64,000 nucleotides of DNA from Thermoplasmatota archaeon (GCA_028279595.1 JANQNK010000004.1:32001-96000), one strand, 5' to 3'; shown: positions 29,259-39,747, counted from the first letter of the stretch. Made by a program: numbers and translations. Notes: a model not told the origin generated them from the letters alone.

Positions 29259-30059
29259 TCATGTTCCTATCCTTGTGCTCCGCACGTATGCGTGCAGGGC
29301 GGCTATCGCTGACATTACGGCGAGCTCGCTCGTTCCAGGCGTCTCTGCCGATGGGACGTTGTCGAGGGCGAGGGTCATCCTACCGAAGTCCCCCTCGACC
29401 ACGAGTTCGTGCCTGTTCCTCTCTATATCCGGGTCCAGCGTGACCCTCACGATCAGACCGGCCTCGGCCATTGCGGCTATCGCGAGTGTCGATGATACGT
29501 TGACGTTACGCGGGAAGTACCTGATGGCCTGCTCGGGCGAGCCCTCGAATATCAGGGTCCGCTCCTTGATGGACACCGGGTCGATCCCGACCTCCTCGGT
29601 AAAGGCGTCCGAGGGCCTTACGGAGCCCGGATGCTTGACCGTGTTGAGCTCGAAGCGGTGGACCTTGCCGACGGAGGCGGCCTTCAACACGTCGATTCCC
29701 CCGATGGCTCCCGATGGGACCGAGATGATCGAGCCGGACCTGGCCGCCGCGGCCTCTGCCCAGCTCCTCAGTTCTGGGTCGACCAGTCCGCCGGAGCTCA
29801 GTACCATGACGTCCGCCCCGCGATCGAGGGTGCCCTCGAGTACCTCGCGGACGACGTCTGGCGCAGCTGCCTCGATGACGAGATCGGCCGCCGAAAGCAG
29901 GTCTGGAAGGTCGACGGCTTCCACCATGCCGCCCTCGAGCCCTCTGGCCCTCTCTCCGTGCCTGTCATGGACCAGAATGCGTTCCACGACGTCAAGGACG
30001 GCGGCCTCTTCGACCATCCGCCTTCCAATGGCTCCACAGCCGACGACTCCAAGGATCAT
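29259..30059 (-). CDS. nadX: L-aspartate dehydrogenase
   Basis: GCGAIG, IEAA, PSGAIGGID, FPRNVNV, N.HE. Confidence 0.9.
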   Translation of the reverse strand: MILGVVGCGAIGRRMVEEAAVLDVVERILVHDRHGERARGLEGGMVEAVDLPDLLSAADLVIEAAAPDVVREVLEGTLDRGADVMVLSSGGLVDPELRSWAEAAAARSGSIISVPSGAIGGIDVLKAASVGKVHRFELNTVKHPGSVRPSDAFTEEVGIDPVSIKERTLIFEGSPEQAIRYFPRNVNVSSTLAIAAMAEAGLIVRVTLDPDIERNRHELVVEGDFGRMTLALDNVPSAETPGTSELAVMSAIAALHAYVRSTRIGT

Positions 30060-30137
30060 CGGTCCTCGATTGGCAAACAACATGGACGCATTAAAAAGGA
30101 TTTGCATTGAACTGTTCGCATTGGTAAAGGCTCAGGC

Positions 30138-30518
30138 CTAGAACGAATAGGACCTTTCGGGGAGGGTCCAGGCGCCGAAAGCTGAGAATATCATGCAGAC
30201 CGCGTAGATGGCGATGATGGCCGTCCATTCCAGGAACTCGAGCAGGATGAATCCCCTCATCACTCGGAGGAGCATGACGACCGTCGACACCACGATGGAG
30301 GCCTCGACCAGTCCCAGCATGACGGCGAAGGGAACGGCCCTGTCGCGGTGCTCCCACATCGCCATCCTGGCCCCGAAGTACGGACCGAGGATGAGCCAGA
30401 CAGCGATACCGACGATCGGCAGCAGGATGGTCGGTATGAAGAGGAAGAACACTATGAGGCCGAGGAGCATTGCTGAGGGTCTCGTCGTCCTCATCCTGTC
30501 GGCGAAGGAGATGGTCAC
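30138..30518 (-). CDS. Hypothetical 4-TM membrane protein
   Basis: Four hydrophobic segments; TTTTATA box upstream on the minus strand. Confidence 0.7.
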   Translation of the reverse strand: MTISFADRMRTTRPSAMLLGLIVFFLFIPTILLPIVGIAVWLILGPYFGARMAMWEHRDRAVPFAVMLGLVEASIVVSTVVMLLRVMRGFILLEFLEWTAIIAIYAVCMIFSAFGAWTLPERSYSF

Positions 30519-30747
30519 ATATGGCTATTCGGCCGAAGGATATAAAAGTTGTCCGATGGACCGTCCTAGACGGTCTGCAAGGACCGAGGGGCATCTCCAT
30601 GGACGGTACGATCGGACGCCCGGGACTTGTCGCCAATATCGTATCTGTACCATTTTTTCCCGATGCCAGAGCCTGACAATAACCACCACCGGTCTGGGAT
30701 GACCACCAGATTAAGTTTTTATGCTTAAACTGTATTAAGGGACCGCA

Positions 30748-31086
30748 ATGACATTGGATATGATTGAGATCATCCAACAGAAGGTGGCGGAGTTCAACGA
30801 GAAGGTGTCCGCGGACGAGAAGATGTCCAAGGACCTCGGGGGCGTGACTAAGAACATCCTGATCGATCTGGGTGGCGAGAGGGTTTTCCTGGAATTGAAG
30901 GATAACGCGATAGGTATAGTCGATGAATTGGGTGACATCGACATGAAGATCGTGACCACCCCCGAAGTTCTCAGCGGAATAATCAACAAGGAGATCAGTC
31001 CGATGAGGGCGCTTCTGATCGACAGGACCCTGAAGGTCGAGGCGAGCCTGGAGGACAAGTTGCGGCTCCGAAAGCTGTTGGAATGA
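30748..31086 (+). CDS. SCP2 sterol/lipid-binding domain protein
   Basis: DMKIVTTPEVLSGIINKEISPMRALLIDRTLKVEASLED matches the SCP2 C-terminal pattern. Confidence 0.75.
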   Translation: MTLDMIEIIQQKVAEFNEKVSADEKMSKDLGGVTKNILIDLGGERVFLELKDNAIGIVDELGDIDMKIVTTPEVLSGIINKEISPMRALLIDRTLKVEASLEDKLRLRKLLE

Positions 31087-31099
31087 GGGTGGAGGACCA

Positions 31100-34000
31100 A
31101 TGAGCGGCCCGGACGAAGCGGAGAAGCACCGACTGAAAGGCAACGAGCATTTCAAGAGTGGTAATTATAGAGGGGCGCTCGACGAGTTCGAACTGGGTTT
31201 GAAGGACGACCCGGACAGCATCAGGATACTCAACAACATGGCCATAACGCAGAGGGCGCTGAAGCTCTTCAAGGAGGCTCTCGGCACCTATGACAGGATA
31301 CTCGAGATAGACGCGGACAACGACAAGGCCCTCGTGGGGAGGAAGAAGTGCCTCGAATCGATGCCCGATGAACCGGAAGAGGAGGAGGTCGAGTTCGAGG
31401 CGGGGGAGCCGCCGGCCGAGGAGGCCGAACTGGAGCCCGAGAAGGACCTTCTGGACGACGATGCCAGTTTCGACGACGTTTTCTCCGATCTCCTGTCCGA
31501 TGATGAGGATGAGGAGCCGGCCGTCGAAGAGGAGCCTGAGGAGAGACCGGTAGAGAAGCCAGGAAAGGAACCAGAACCAGAGCGAAAGAAGGCACCGGAA
31601 CCCGAGAAGGTCGTCGAGGAGAAGCGAGAGGCAAAGGTCGATACATCCAAGACGGACGATGAGATCAAGGCGGTGAAGGCTGCAGCGGAGGAGCAGAAGC
31701 AGGCCATAACGGACGAGCTCGAGGATGTCCGCGCAAGTGCCGAGAAGAAGAAGGAGTCCATCGTCCAGGAGATCGCCGACCTGCAGGCCAGCATGGACGA
31801 GAAGAAGCGCGAGATCGAGGAGGAGATCCAGCGAGAGACGGAGTCCGTGCGGAGGGTCACCGAGGAAAGGAAGCGGGTGATCGAATCCGACCTCAAGAAG
31901 CTCGAATCCCGGCTGGAGAGGAGACAGGGCGAGCTTGCTGGCGAGATCGAGGAGCTCGAGGAGGCCGCCAATGCGAAGAAGGCCGTCCTGCAGAGCGAGA
32001 TCGACGACCTGGAGGGGACGATCTCGAGGAAGAGGGCGGAGATAGATGAACAGATGGCCGAAGAGTCCTCCCGCATGGCAGCGGAGCTTGAGGAGAAGCG
32101 CGAAGCGGCGAAGGCGGGGATACAGCGCGAGATAGACGAGCTCGAGGCCTCGGTCGAGACGAAACGACAGGAAGTGAAGGACCGTATCGCCGATGAGACG
32201 GCAGACATCGAATCATACCTTCAGGAGAAGAAGGACGAGTTCGAACGTTTACAATCATCAATGGAGGAGGAGGTCGAGAAGGCTACCGAGGAGCGGAAGC
32301 GACTCATCATGGCCAAGGTCTCCAAGATCAAGGAAGCTGCCGAGAAGCAGAGGGAGCAGCTAAGCGCCGATATCAAGGAGCAGAAGGCAGAGCTCACGAA
32401 GCTCAAGGAAACGATAGTGCGGGGCCGTGGTGAGCTGGACCGGCTCAAGACCGAACAGGCGGCTGCGGAACGCGATATCGAGGCGGCCGTCGAGGAGAGA
32501 AGGGCCGCCATCACCGAGGAGCTGTCCGGGGTTGAGGGAGAGCTCCAGGAGATGACCTCGAAGAGGGAGGAGGCCCAGCAGGAGCTCGACGAGATCAATT
32601 CCGGCATCAAGGAGCGGCGGGAGGCCGTCTCCAGGATCGAGGGTGAGCTCGACGAACGCAAGGCGGCACTGCAGATAGAGCTCGATGAGATCGATACCGC
32701 CGTTGAGGAGCGGAAGGGCGAACTCACGGGCGAGATCGAGGCGCTGGAGGCCACCCTCGGGGAGAAGCGCGAGGAGGTAAACGGACACCAGAGCCGCCTC
32801 GCCAAGCTCAAGAGGGCCATCACGGACCGCGAGGACGAGATCGAGGCCGAGCTGGCGGACAAGCGGAAGGCGGCCGAGGAGGAGAAGACCGCGCTGGAGG
32901 AGGAGCTCACCGGCCTTCGGCAACAGGCGGAGGAGAAACGCAATATCCTCGTTCAGAAGGTCAAGAAGATCAAGGTCGCAGCCGAGAGTCAGAAGGCGAA
33001 GATCAACGAGTCGATCGAAGAGCTGAAGTCCCAGGAACAGGAGATGGCCGATTCGGTGGAGGTAGCCAAGGCGGAGCTTGCCGAGATGGCCGGAAGGAAG
33101 ACAGAGCTGGAGACGGAGGTGGCCGGCCTCGAGGGAACCGTTGAGGAGAGGAGCCAGGCCCTCGATGAGGAGCTCGCCGAGGTCAAGAAGGGCTTCGCGA
33201 GGAAGAAGGCCGCCATGGAAAAGGAGATCGCGGAACTCGAGGAGACCTCCAAGGAGAGGAAGGCGGACCTCGAGATCGCCATCGTCTCACTGGAGGAGGA
33301 GCTTGCCGAGAAGCGCGAGCCCGTAGAGAGGGAGATCGGTGAGCTGAAGGAGGAGCTGGCGACACTCAAGTCCGAGGCGGTCGAGAGGAAGAGGACCAAG
33401 GACGAGCAGATGGCGAAGCTCGACAAGCTCAAGCGCGCGATCGAGAAGAGGCAGGCCGCCGTGGACGAAGAGGTCACGGGACTCCAGGAAAAGCTGGAGG
33501 AGACCAAGGGATCCCTCGAGCGGGAGATCCAGGAGACGGCGGAGGCGGGGGAGAAGGAGAAGAAGCTGCTAGAACTCAAGCTCAAGAAATTGCGCGGGAT
33601 CGCCGAGGAGAAGAAGGCCGAGATCGAGGAGCGGATCGCAGGGATGGAGGCCGAGGCCGAGGAGCGGAAGGCCGAACTGGAGACGGAGTTCGGCGACCAC
33701 AAGACCGCCCTCGAGGAGGCCCAGAAGACCTACGATGAACAGAAGGCCAGCTTCGAGGAAGCGCAGGAGCGCGCAGAAAGCATCAACGAGAAGATCACAT
33801 CACTCAAGGAGACGCACTCGAAGTTGAGGGCGATAATCTCAAGGGACACCGAGAAGGCGTCAGGCCTCAAGGCCGAGCGCGAGAAGCTCAAGAAGGAGAT
33901 CGAGGAGAAGCGCGAGGAGATCGAGGCGGTCCGGTCCGAGCATGGCACGGCCCGCAAAGAGATCGACGCGAAGCTCAAGGAGCGGGAGTCGGAGCTCGAG

Positions 34001-36538
34001 AAGAAGGAGGCCGAGATCGACGGCCGGATCTCCAAGAAGAAGGCCGAGGTCACGGATGCCCTCGAGAAGCTCAACAAGCTCAAGGCCAAGCTCAAGGTCG
34101 AGAGGTCGGAGATCGACGACCTCAAGGACCAGATGGGTTCGGAGGCCGTGAAGGTCAAGGCCCTCGAGGAGGAGCTGGCCGAAAAGGAGGCGCAGATAGC
34201 CGAACGCGAGGAGCGCGTCGCCTCGGACAGGAAGAAGCTCTCGGCAATGAAGGACCAGGTCATGGAGAAGGCCAAGGCCATCAAGGCCGGTCAGGGGAAG
34301 AGGAGCGAGAAGGCAGACAACATTTCGGCCGACCTACTTGCCGCAAAGGCGGAGATCGCGACCCTGAAGGATGCGCTGGCAAAGGCCAATGCGACCATCG
34401 AGGAGATCTCGGGAACAGTCAAGGAGGCTATCGAGAGCGCCGGGGAGGACAGGGCGAGGCTGACCGGCGAGCTCGCCGAGAGGGAGAAGGAACTCGCCAA
34501 GAAGGAGAAGGACTTCGCCGAGAAGGACGCGAACACGAGGCAGCGCCTCAAGGACGAGATCGAGAAGCTCAGGGTCCGGAAGAAGGCCCTGGATGACAAG
34601 GAGAGGAGCAACGAGGAGCAGACGGAGAGAGCCTCGAACGCTCTCAGGAAGGCCAAGGCGAAGGAAGTGAAGTACGATCAACTCATGCAGGAGATGGGCG
34701 AACCCGAGGAGCTCGAGAAGCTAAAGGAGACGCTCGAGAAGGTCCAGAAGGCCCACGACGAGGCTATCGAGGAGCTCAAGGGAAGGAAGAAGTCCGCCAG
34801 CGAGGAGATCCAGGCGCGTAAGGACGAGCTTGCGGCCCGGGAGAAGGAGATCATCGACCTGGAGAACGTCCTAAGGGAGCGCCAGGGGATGGTCGAGGGC
34901 TCAGAGGAGCACATGTCGAAGCTCCGGAAGAAGGAGAAGGAGCTTGCCGAGCGCGAAAGGGACATAATCGAACTGGAGAAGGTCCTGCGGGAACGCCAGA
35001 AGGTGGTCGACGAGGACATCGAGGAGAGAAAGGCCTCCGTCGACGGGGACGCGAAGTCGCTCGAGGACCAGAAGAAGATGCTCGAGGACAAGGAAGCGGA
35101 GCTCGCCGAACTGGAGAGGGGCATCAAGGAGCACGAGGAGACCTTCGAGAAGGAGATCAAGAAACGGGACGATCTCCTGAAGGAAAAGGAACGCGACCTC
35201 AAGAGGCGCGAGAAGGCCCTGGAGGAGGGCGAAGCGCAGCAGGTCAGCGAGCAGGAACGTGACACTATCGAGAAGCTCGCCGAGATCAGCGTCCAGAACG
35301 ACGAGCTCAAGGAGAGGGCCGACGAGGCCGAGAAGAACGCGAAGTTCCTGGAACTGGAGCTCAAGAAAGCCCAGGACGCGAAGGAGGCAGAGATCGAGAC
35401 CCTCCGCGAGGAGTACGAGGCGGCATCGTTGGACGCGGGTGCGGCCGATGGAAAGCTCAAGGAAGAGATCGAGAAGCGCGACGCGCGCATCGCCAAGCTC
35501 AAGGAGGAACTCGACACCGTGGAGGAGAGATACACCTCCACCGGAAGCCTCAACGCAAAGATCGAGGCCTTGACCCGCATGCTTAAGAACGCCTCCGAGG
35601 AGGGCGGCATCGACAAGTCTACGGTCGACCGTGTCGAGAAGACGCTCAAGGAGGTGCTGTCGCACGAACTGGACGAGCGCACCGAGGACATGGAGAAGGT
35701 CGAGAAGGGTCTGCGGGACAAGATCGACCAGCTCGAAGCGCTTGTGGAGGTCGAACGCGGCGAGTGCACGAACCTCCGTCAGCAGCTCGAGGAGATGGAG
35801 AACGAGATGACCGACAGGGTCCTCGAACTGAGGAACGAGCTGAAGACTGCCAAGGCCGGAGGCGGCGAGGGCGACTTCGACGAGGAGACCGTCCGGAGGA
35901 TCATGGGCGAGCTCGAGGAGTTCAGGGAGGACCTTGACCGGAGAGAGGCCGAGCTCGCCGAGCGAGAGGCGGCCGGAGGCGGGGCGAGCCCCGAGATGGT
36001 CGAGGCCATGGAGACGCTCAAGGCGGAGCTCGAGGAGAGGGAAAAGGCCCTCGAGGCGAAGGAGGAAGAGCTCGTCGAGCGCGAGAGCAAGATACCCGAG
36101 GTCATCCCGGAGGGGGAGATCGACGCTAGGACGAAGAAGATCCTCGACGCCGAGAAGGAGCTCAAGAAGAAGGCGCAGGCCTTCATGAAGAAGAAGGCGC
36201 AGTTCGAGAAGAAGCACAAGGAGATCGAGGACATAGACAAGAAGATCAAGATCCGAGAGGAAGCGCTCGAGAAGGACAAGGCGCTGCTCGAGACCCAGCG
36301 AGACCTCCTCGGTGACGTCAAGAACGTGAGGAAGGTCATGAAGGAGAAGGCCGAGGAGGTCGGATCCGTCGCGGAGGCGGTCGAGGAGATGTTCGGGGCG
36401 ATGTTCGAGATCTCCGCAAGCGATTCCCTCGAGGACGCCGAGAAGAAGGAGCAGATAGACTCGCTCAAGGAGGACGTCGCAGCACTTCTGGCAGCGCTGA
36501 AGGACGTCGGACAGAACCTGAAATCGGGTTCAGCGTGA
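31100..36538 (+). CDS. Giant (1812 aa) N-terminal TPR plus extended coiled-coil protein
   Basis: TPR (AEKHRLKGNEHFKSGNYRGA...ILNNMA), acidic Pro linker, >1600 aa E/K/A/L/R-rich helix; GGTGGAGG SD; no Walker motifs or TM seen. Confidence 0.9.
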   Translation: MSGPDEAEKHRLKGNEHFKSGNYRGALDEFELGLKDDPDSIRILNNMAITQRALKLFKEALGTYDRILEIDADNDKALVGRKKCLESMPDEPEEEEVEFEAGEPPAEEAELEPEKDLLDDDASFDDVFSDLLSDDEDEEPAVEEEPEERPVEKPGKEPEPERKKAPEPEKVVEEKREAKVDTSKTDDEIKAVKAAAEEQKQAITDELEDVRASAEKKKESIVQEIADLQASMDEKKREIEEEIQRETESVRRVTEERKRVIESDLKKLESRLERRQGELAGEIEELEEAANAKKAVLQSEIDDLEGTISRKRAEIDEQMAEESSRMAAELEEKREAAKAGIQREIDELEASVETKRQEVKDRIADETADIESYLQEKKDEFERLQSSMEEEVEKATEERKRLIMAKVSKIKEAAEKQREQLSADIKEQKAELTKLKETIVRGRGELDRLKTEQAAAERDIEAAVEERRAAITEELSGVEGELQEMTSKREEAQQELDEINSGIKERREAVSRIEGELDERKAALQIELDEIDTAVEERKGELTGEIEALEATLGEKREEVNGHQSRLAKLKRAITDREDEIEAELADKRKAAEEEKTALEEELTGLRQQAEEKRNILVQKVKKIKVAAESQKAKINESIEELKSQEQEMADSVEVAKAELAEMAGRKTELETEVAGLEGTVEERSQALDEELAEVKKGFARKKAAMEKEIAELEETSKERKADLEIAIVSLEEELAEKREPVEREIGELKEELATLKSEAVERKRTKDEQMAKLDKLKRAIEKRQAAVDEEVTGLQEKLEETKGSLEREIQETAEAGEKEKKLLELKLKKLRGIAEEKKAEIEERIAGMEAEAEERKAELETEFGDHKTALEEAQKTYDEQKASFEEAQERAESINEKITSLKETHSKLRAIISRDTEKASGLKAEREKLKKEIEEKREEIEAVRSEHGTARKEIDAKLKERESELEKKEAEIDGRISKKKAEVTDALEKLNKLKAKLKVERSEIDDLKDQMGSEAVKVKALEEELAEKEAQIAEREERVASDRKKLSAMKDQVMEKAKAIKAGQGKRSEKADNISADLLAAKAEIATLKDALAKANATIEEISGTVKEAIESAGEDRARLTGELAEREKELAKKEKDFAEKDANTRQRLKDEIEKLRVRKKALDDKERSNEEQTERASNALRKAKAKEVKYDQLMQEMGEPEELEKLKETLEKVQKAHDEAIEELKGRKKSASEEIQARKDELAAREKEIIDLENVLRERQGMVEGSEEHMSKLRKKEKELAERERDIIELEKVLRERQKVVDEDIEERKASVDGDAKSLEDQKKMLEDKEAELAELERGIKEHEETFEKEIKKRDDLLKEKERDLKRREKALEEGEAQQVSEQERDTIEKLAEISVQNDELKERADEAEKNAKFLELELKKAQDAKEAEIETLREEYEAASLDAGAADGKLKEEIEKRDARIAKLKEELDTVEERYTSTGSLNAKIEALTRMLKNASEEGGIDKSTVDRVEKTLKEVLSHELDERTEDMEKVEKGLRDKIDQLEALVEVERGECTNLRQQLEEMENEMTDRVLELRNELKTAKAGGGEGDFDEETVRRIMGELEEFREDLDRREAELAEREAAGGGASPEMVEAMETLKAELEEREKALEAKEEELVERESKIPEVIPEGEIDARTKKILDAEKELKKKAQAFMKKKAQFEKKHKEIEDIDKKIKIREEALEKDKALLETQRDLLGDVKNVRKVMKEKAEEVGSVAEAVEEMFGAMFEISASDSLEDAEKKEQIDSLKEDVAALLAALKDVGQNLKSGSA

Positions 36539-36549
36539 GAACGGTCCCA

Positions 36550-37194
36550 TCATTCTACTGGAAGTATCTCCACTGTGACAGTGGATATGATCCTCTTTGC
36601 CCATTGAAGCTTGGCCATCTTGATCTCGGGGTCCCTGTGATGTGAGTGCTGGCCAAGGATGTCGAACCTGAATCCTGCCAGCCGGATGGAACGTGCACCG
36701 AGTTCGTCGGCTAGCATCACCGCCCGGTCGCCGTCAGTGAATCCTCCGAAGTTCCTAAGGGAGCCGAACGGACGTACCTGGGTGGTCCCGCATACCTTTC
36801 CATGGAACTCCGGGACGTACTCCTCGAGCGATCGAACATTGTCGCCGTGCGCATGGATCACGATCCTCTTGCCCGCCTCGCTGCACCTGATCTGGTCCTC
36901 GACGTCGCCGTCGAGGTCGGTGACCACGATGTCAGGGACGAACCCATAGTCGAGAAGGGGTGTCGTGGCTCCGTCGGCTGCGATCAGTACGCCGTCGGTC
37001 GGTGGTTCCGATCCCAGTGCGGCGCCGACGACGATCACGTCCCTTCCGCCGATGAGCTCCTCGACCGCAGACCAGTCGCATGTCGTGTTCACCATCCCAT
37101 CGAGCAGCTCCGCCGCTCTCCTGTCGGCCTCGGTGTCGAAGCCGAACTCCTCGACGATCCGTCCGTAGAGGTCCATCCATTCATCGATCCGCAT
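36550..37194 (-). CDS. mptE: 6-hydroxymethyl-7,8-dihydropterin pyrophosphokinase (MptE-like, DUF115)
   Basis: AADGA, VTDLDG, HAHGDN, GTTQ, NFGGFTDGDRAV, KLQWA. Confidence 0.9.
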   Translation of the reverse strand: MRIDEWMDLYGRIVEEFGFDTEADRRAAELLDGMVNTTCDWSAVEELIGGRDVIVVGAALGSEPPTDGVLIAADGATTPLLDYGFVPDIVVTDLDGDVEDQIRCSEAGKRIVIHAHGDNVRSLEEYVPEFHGKVCGTTQVRPFGSLRNFGGFTDGDRAVMLADELGARSIRLAGFRFDILGQHSHHRDPEIKMAKLQWAKRIISTVTVEILPVE

Positions 37195-38470
37195 TCCGGA
37201 CCTCCTCCACTATCCTCCGCTTCTTCTCCGCCGATCCCGCGGCCGCTTGAGCAAGGGCCTCTTCGATCTCGCTAAGGTCGGGTGTTCCGAGGGCGACCAC
37301 CCTCTTCAATGGTGTATACGGCTCCTCGCGGAACGAGGGCTCGACCCTCTTTCGTTCGTCTCCGAGGAGCACATGGCCCCCGCCCTGTCCCACGGTTCCG
37401 ACCACATGTGCCGTTCCACCACCGGTGAGGATCGCCTCCGAGACAAGATCGACCGCTTCCATGGGAACGGCCATGAGTATCGAGTCCGTGGAGACACCCA
37501 TGTGGTCGATCCCGAGGCCGTCAAGCATCCCGAGGACCGTTGGGTCGACGCATCTCCTGAGCGCCTCTGGGTCGAGATGGATGTCGATGTCCCTTCCGTC
37601 GACGAGGTCGAGGGCATCCCCCCTGATACCGCCGTTGGTAACGTCGACCATGGCGTGTATGGTGCCAAAATGGCCCCTGACCGATGATATGTCGCGATGG
37701 AAATCGATATTGAGGGTCCTTCCGACGACCTCGGGAAGGCCGTTGTAGATAGCCGTCGTCGCGATCGTGCCCCCGCCACGGCCTGCGGTCATGAGAAGGG
37801 CGTCTCCGACCTGGATCCCTGACCTGGCCATAAGGTCATCGGCGTATCCTACTGCTCCGACGCTGCCGGTCAGGCGGGTTCCGAGGACCATGTCGCCGCC
37901 GATGCGGAGGGTGCTCCCGCCCGCGACCGGAACGCCCGTGAGCTCGGAGACCGCGCCGATGCCGGCGACAAGGTCGAAGACGCTTCCAACGTCTCCGTCA
38001 TTGGCGATATGCACGTCGGAGGTCATGGCAAGGGGATCGGCCCCCATCACCATGACGTCGCGGAGTGCAGCCCTCGCGGCGTGGAAACCGGCCAGGAAGG
38101 GGAACCTGGACAGGCGAGAATGTATGCCGTCAACGCTTGCCACCATGTGACCGTCTCCGAGAGGGAAGGCGCCAGAATCGTCCATATCCTTCGGTGCTAT
38201 CGTCAGACCGGAGGTCGGGAGCAGGGACGCGATGAGGCGATGGATGATACTGTCGCCGGCGCCACGGCACCCGAGGCCCGATCCTCCCGCAGTGAGTCCT
38301 GACACGGATGGTACGGCGATCTCGAGGGAGCCAGCGCTCTCTGAGAGCGATATCTCCTCGAGGAGTGCGTCGAGGGCGTCCGGACCGATGGCGTCCTTCA
38401 GACGTTCCTTGAGACCGGCGTCCTTCCCGTCCGCGCGAAGGTACTGGATGGCCAACTCCTCGATGTCCAT
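37181..38470 (-). CDS. AIR synthase-related protein (PurM/HypE/SelD-like superfamily)
   Basis: DDSG, VDGIHSRLS, RDVMVMGA.P, GSTLRIGGDMV, DVTNGGIRGD, DHMGVSTDS. Confidence 0.85.
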   Translation of the reverse strand: MDIEELAIQYLRADGKDAGLKERLKDAIGPDALDALLEEISLSESAGSLEIAVPSVSGLTAGGSGLGCRGAGDSIIHRLIASLLPTSGLTIAPKDMDDSGAFPLGDGHMVASVDGIHSRLSRFPFLAGFHAARAALRDVMVMGADPLAMTSDVHIANDGDVGSVFDLVAGIGAVSELTGVPVAGGSTLRIGGDMVLGTRLTGSVGAVGYADDLMARSGIQVGDALLMTAGRGGGTIATTAIYNGLPEVVGRTLNIDFHRDISSVRGHFGTIHAMVDVTNGGIRGDALDLVDGRDIDIHLDPEALRRCVDPTVLGMLDGLGIDHMGVSTDSILMAVPMEAVDLVSEAILTGGGTAHVVGTVGQGGGHVLLGDERKRVEPSFREEPYTPLKRVVALGTPDLSEIEEALAQAAAGSAEKKRRIVEEVRNADR

Positions 38471-38479
38471 GCGAAGCCC

Positions 38480-39565
38480 TCAGAACCTCCAGTCGTCGAC
38501 CGCGGTCTGGGGGATTATGTGTTCCTTCAGGTAACCGTGCCCGATGATGCCGATCGAGGCGATGACCATCGCCGTCACGATGCTCCAGAAGATGCCGATG
38601 ACCGTATCGGACGTGGAATAGTCACGAATGTACTCGTAGAGACCGAGGGTCCCGTTCAGCAGGAAGCCGAAGGAGAGGAGGGCGAAGGAGACCGGCCAGA
38701 TCGAGTAGTCCTTCTGGTCCAGTCGAAGGTAGTCGTCCAGGACCTTGCCGAACACGATGAGCCATACCCCTCCGATGAAGAACCAGATGGCCGCCTTGAA
38801 GAAGAGGATTATCAGGTGTTCGAGGTTCTCGGACCCGAGGCTGTCAGTATATCCGAACAATATCCCGAGTACGATGAAGAAGAGTGCGAACATGTAGATG
38901 TATACGGAGATCGCACCAGTTCGCACGGCCTCCTTGGCGTCCTTTCCCAGGTTCATCACCAGGTTCTCGAGCCGGAATGCCCAGATGAACAGCGTGATCC
39001 CTATCATGAAGACGATCGCGCCGGTGCCCAGCTCCGGCCTTCCGGCGAAGGCCGCCATCGACCATAGTATGCAGGCCATGGCCAGAGGGATCATGACCCT
39101 CTTCCTGGCCTTCTCCTCCATCATGGTCTTCTTGATCATGTAGTAGAACGACTCGAAGCGCTCGCTCTGCTGGACTATGACCCTGACCTTCCGGTCGATT
39201 ATCACCCTTGATTCGATGATCGGCGCGATGGCCTCGTCCTCGGCGCCGTCGTCGAACAGTATGACCGACTTCGGTTTCAGGCGCTTCAGGACAGATTCCA
39301 GCTCGGTCTTGATCTTCTCGTCCGATTCCCGGCCGATGTTTATCGAGCCGCATATCGTCACTATGGAGACCTTCTCGCCCTGGGCCTTGAGGGTGTCATA
39401 CTCCTTGATGGCTGCGAAGAGGGTGTTCGCGTCTGAGTCCTCCGGGTCCGCCATGATGAGCTTCTCGGCTGCAGAGAAATTGTTACGTCGCCCGACTATG
39501 GGCGTGCTGACACCCGCCTTCTCCCCGAAGTCGTTGTCCCTGTCAACGCAGAGGATCAACCTCAT
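38480..39565 (-). CDS. DUF373 family membrane protein
   Basis: LCVDRDNDFGEK, DPEDSDAN, DGAEDE, VIVQQSE; C-terminal TM helices. Confidence 0.9.
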   Translation of the reverse strand: MRLILCVDRDNDFGEKAGVSTPIVGRRNNFSAAEKLIMADPEDSDANTLFAAIKEYDTLKAQGEKVSIVTICGSINIGRESDEKIKTELESVLKRLKPKSVILFDDGAEDEAIAPIIESRVIIDRKVRVIVQQSERFESFYYMIKKTMMEEKARKRVMIPLAMACILWSMAAFAGRPELGTGAIVFMIGITLFIWAFRLENLVMNLGKDAKEAVRTGAISVYIYMFALFFIVLGILFGYTDSLGSENLEHLIILFFKAAIWFFIGGVWLIVFGKVLDDYLRLDQKDYSIWPVSFALLSFGFLLNGTLGLYEYIRDYSTSDTVIGIFWSIVTAMVIASIGIIGHGYLKEHIIPQTAVDDWRF

Positions 39566-39747
39566 CGATGAATAGAGGGAGACTGTCGTATATTAAAATT
39601 ACCTCGTTTTCTGGACTTATGGAGGGTTTACGGGATGGACGGTTATGTTGGGTCCGCATTGGTACATGCTAGTTTGAAATGGTGCGGGCCCACCAGGCCA
39701 CTCATAGAAAGATATTTAGCATTGGAGGAAATACCATTGGCGATACC

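Noticed and set aside
31269-36468. Long Ser- or Leu-rich minus-strand ORFs
   Set aside because: Reverse-complement artefacts of the GAG/AAG-rich coiled-coil gene
31100-36538. SMC/Rad50 call for the giant coiled coil
   Set aside because: No Walker A/B, signature, hinge or zinc-hook motif seen
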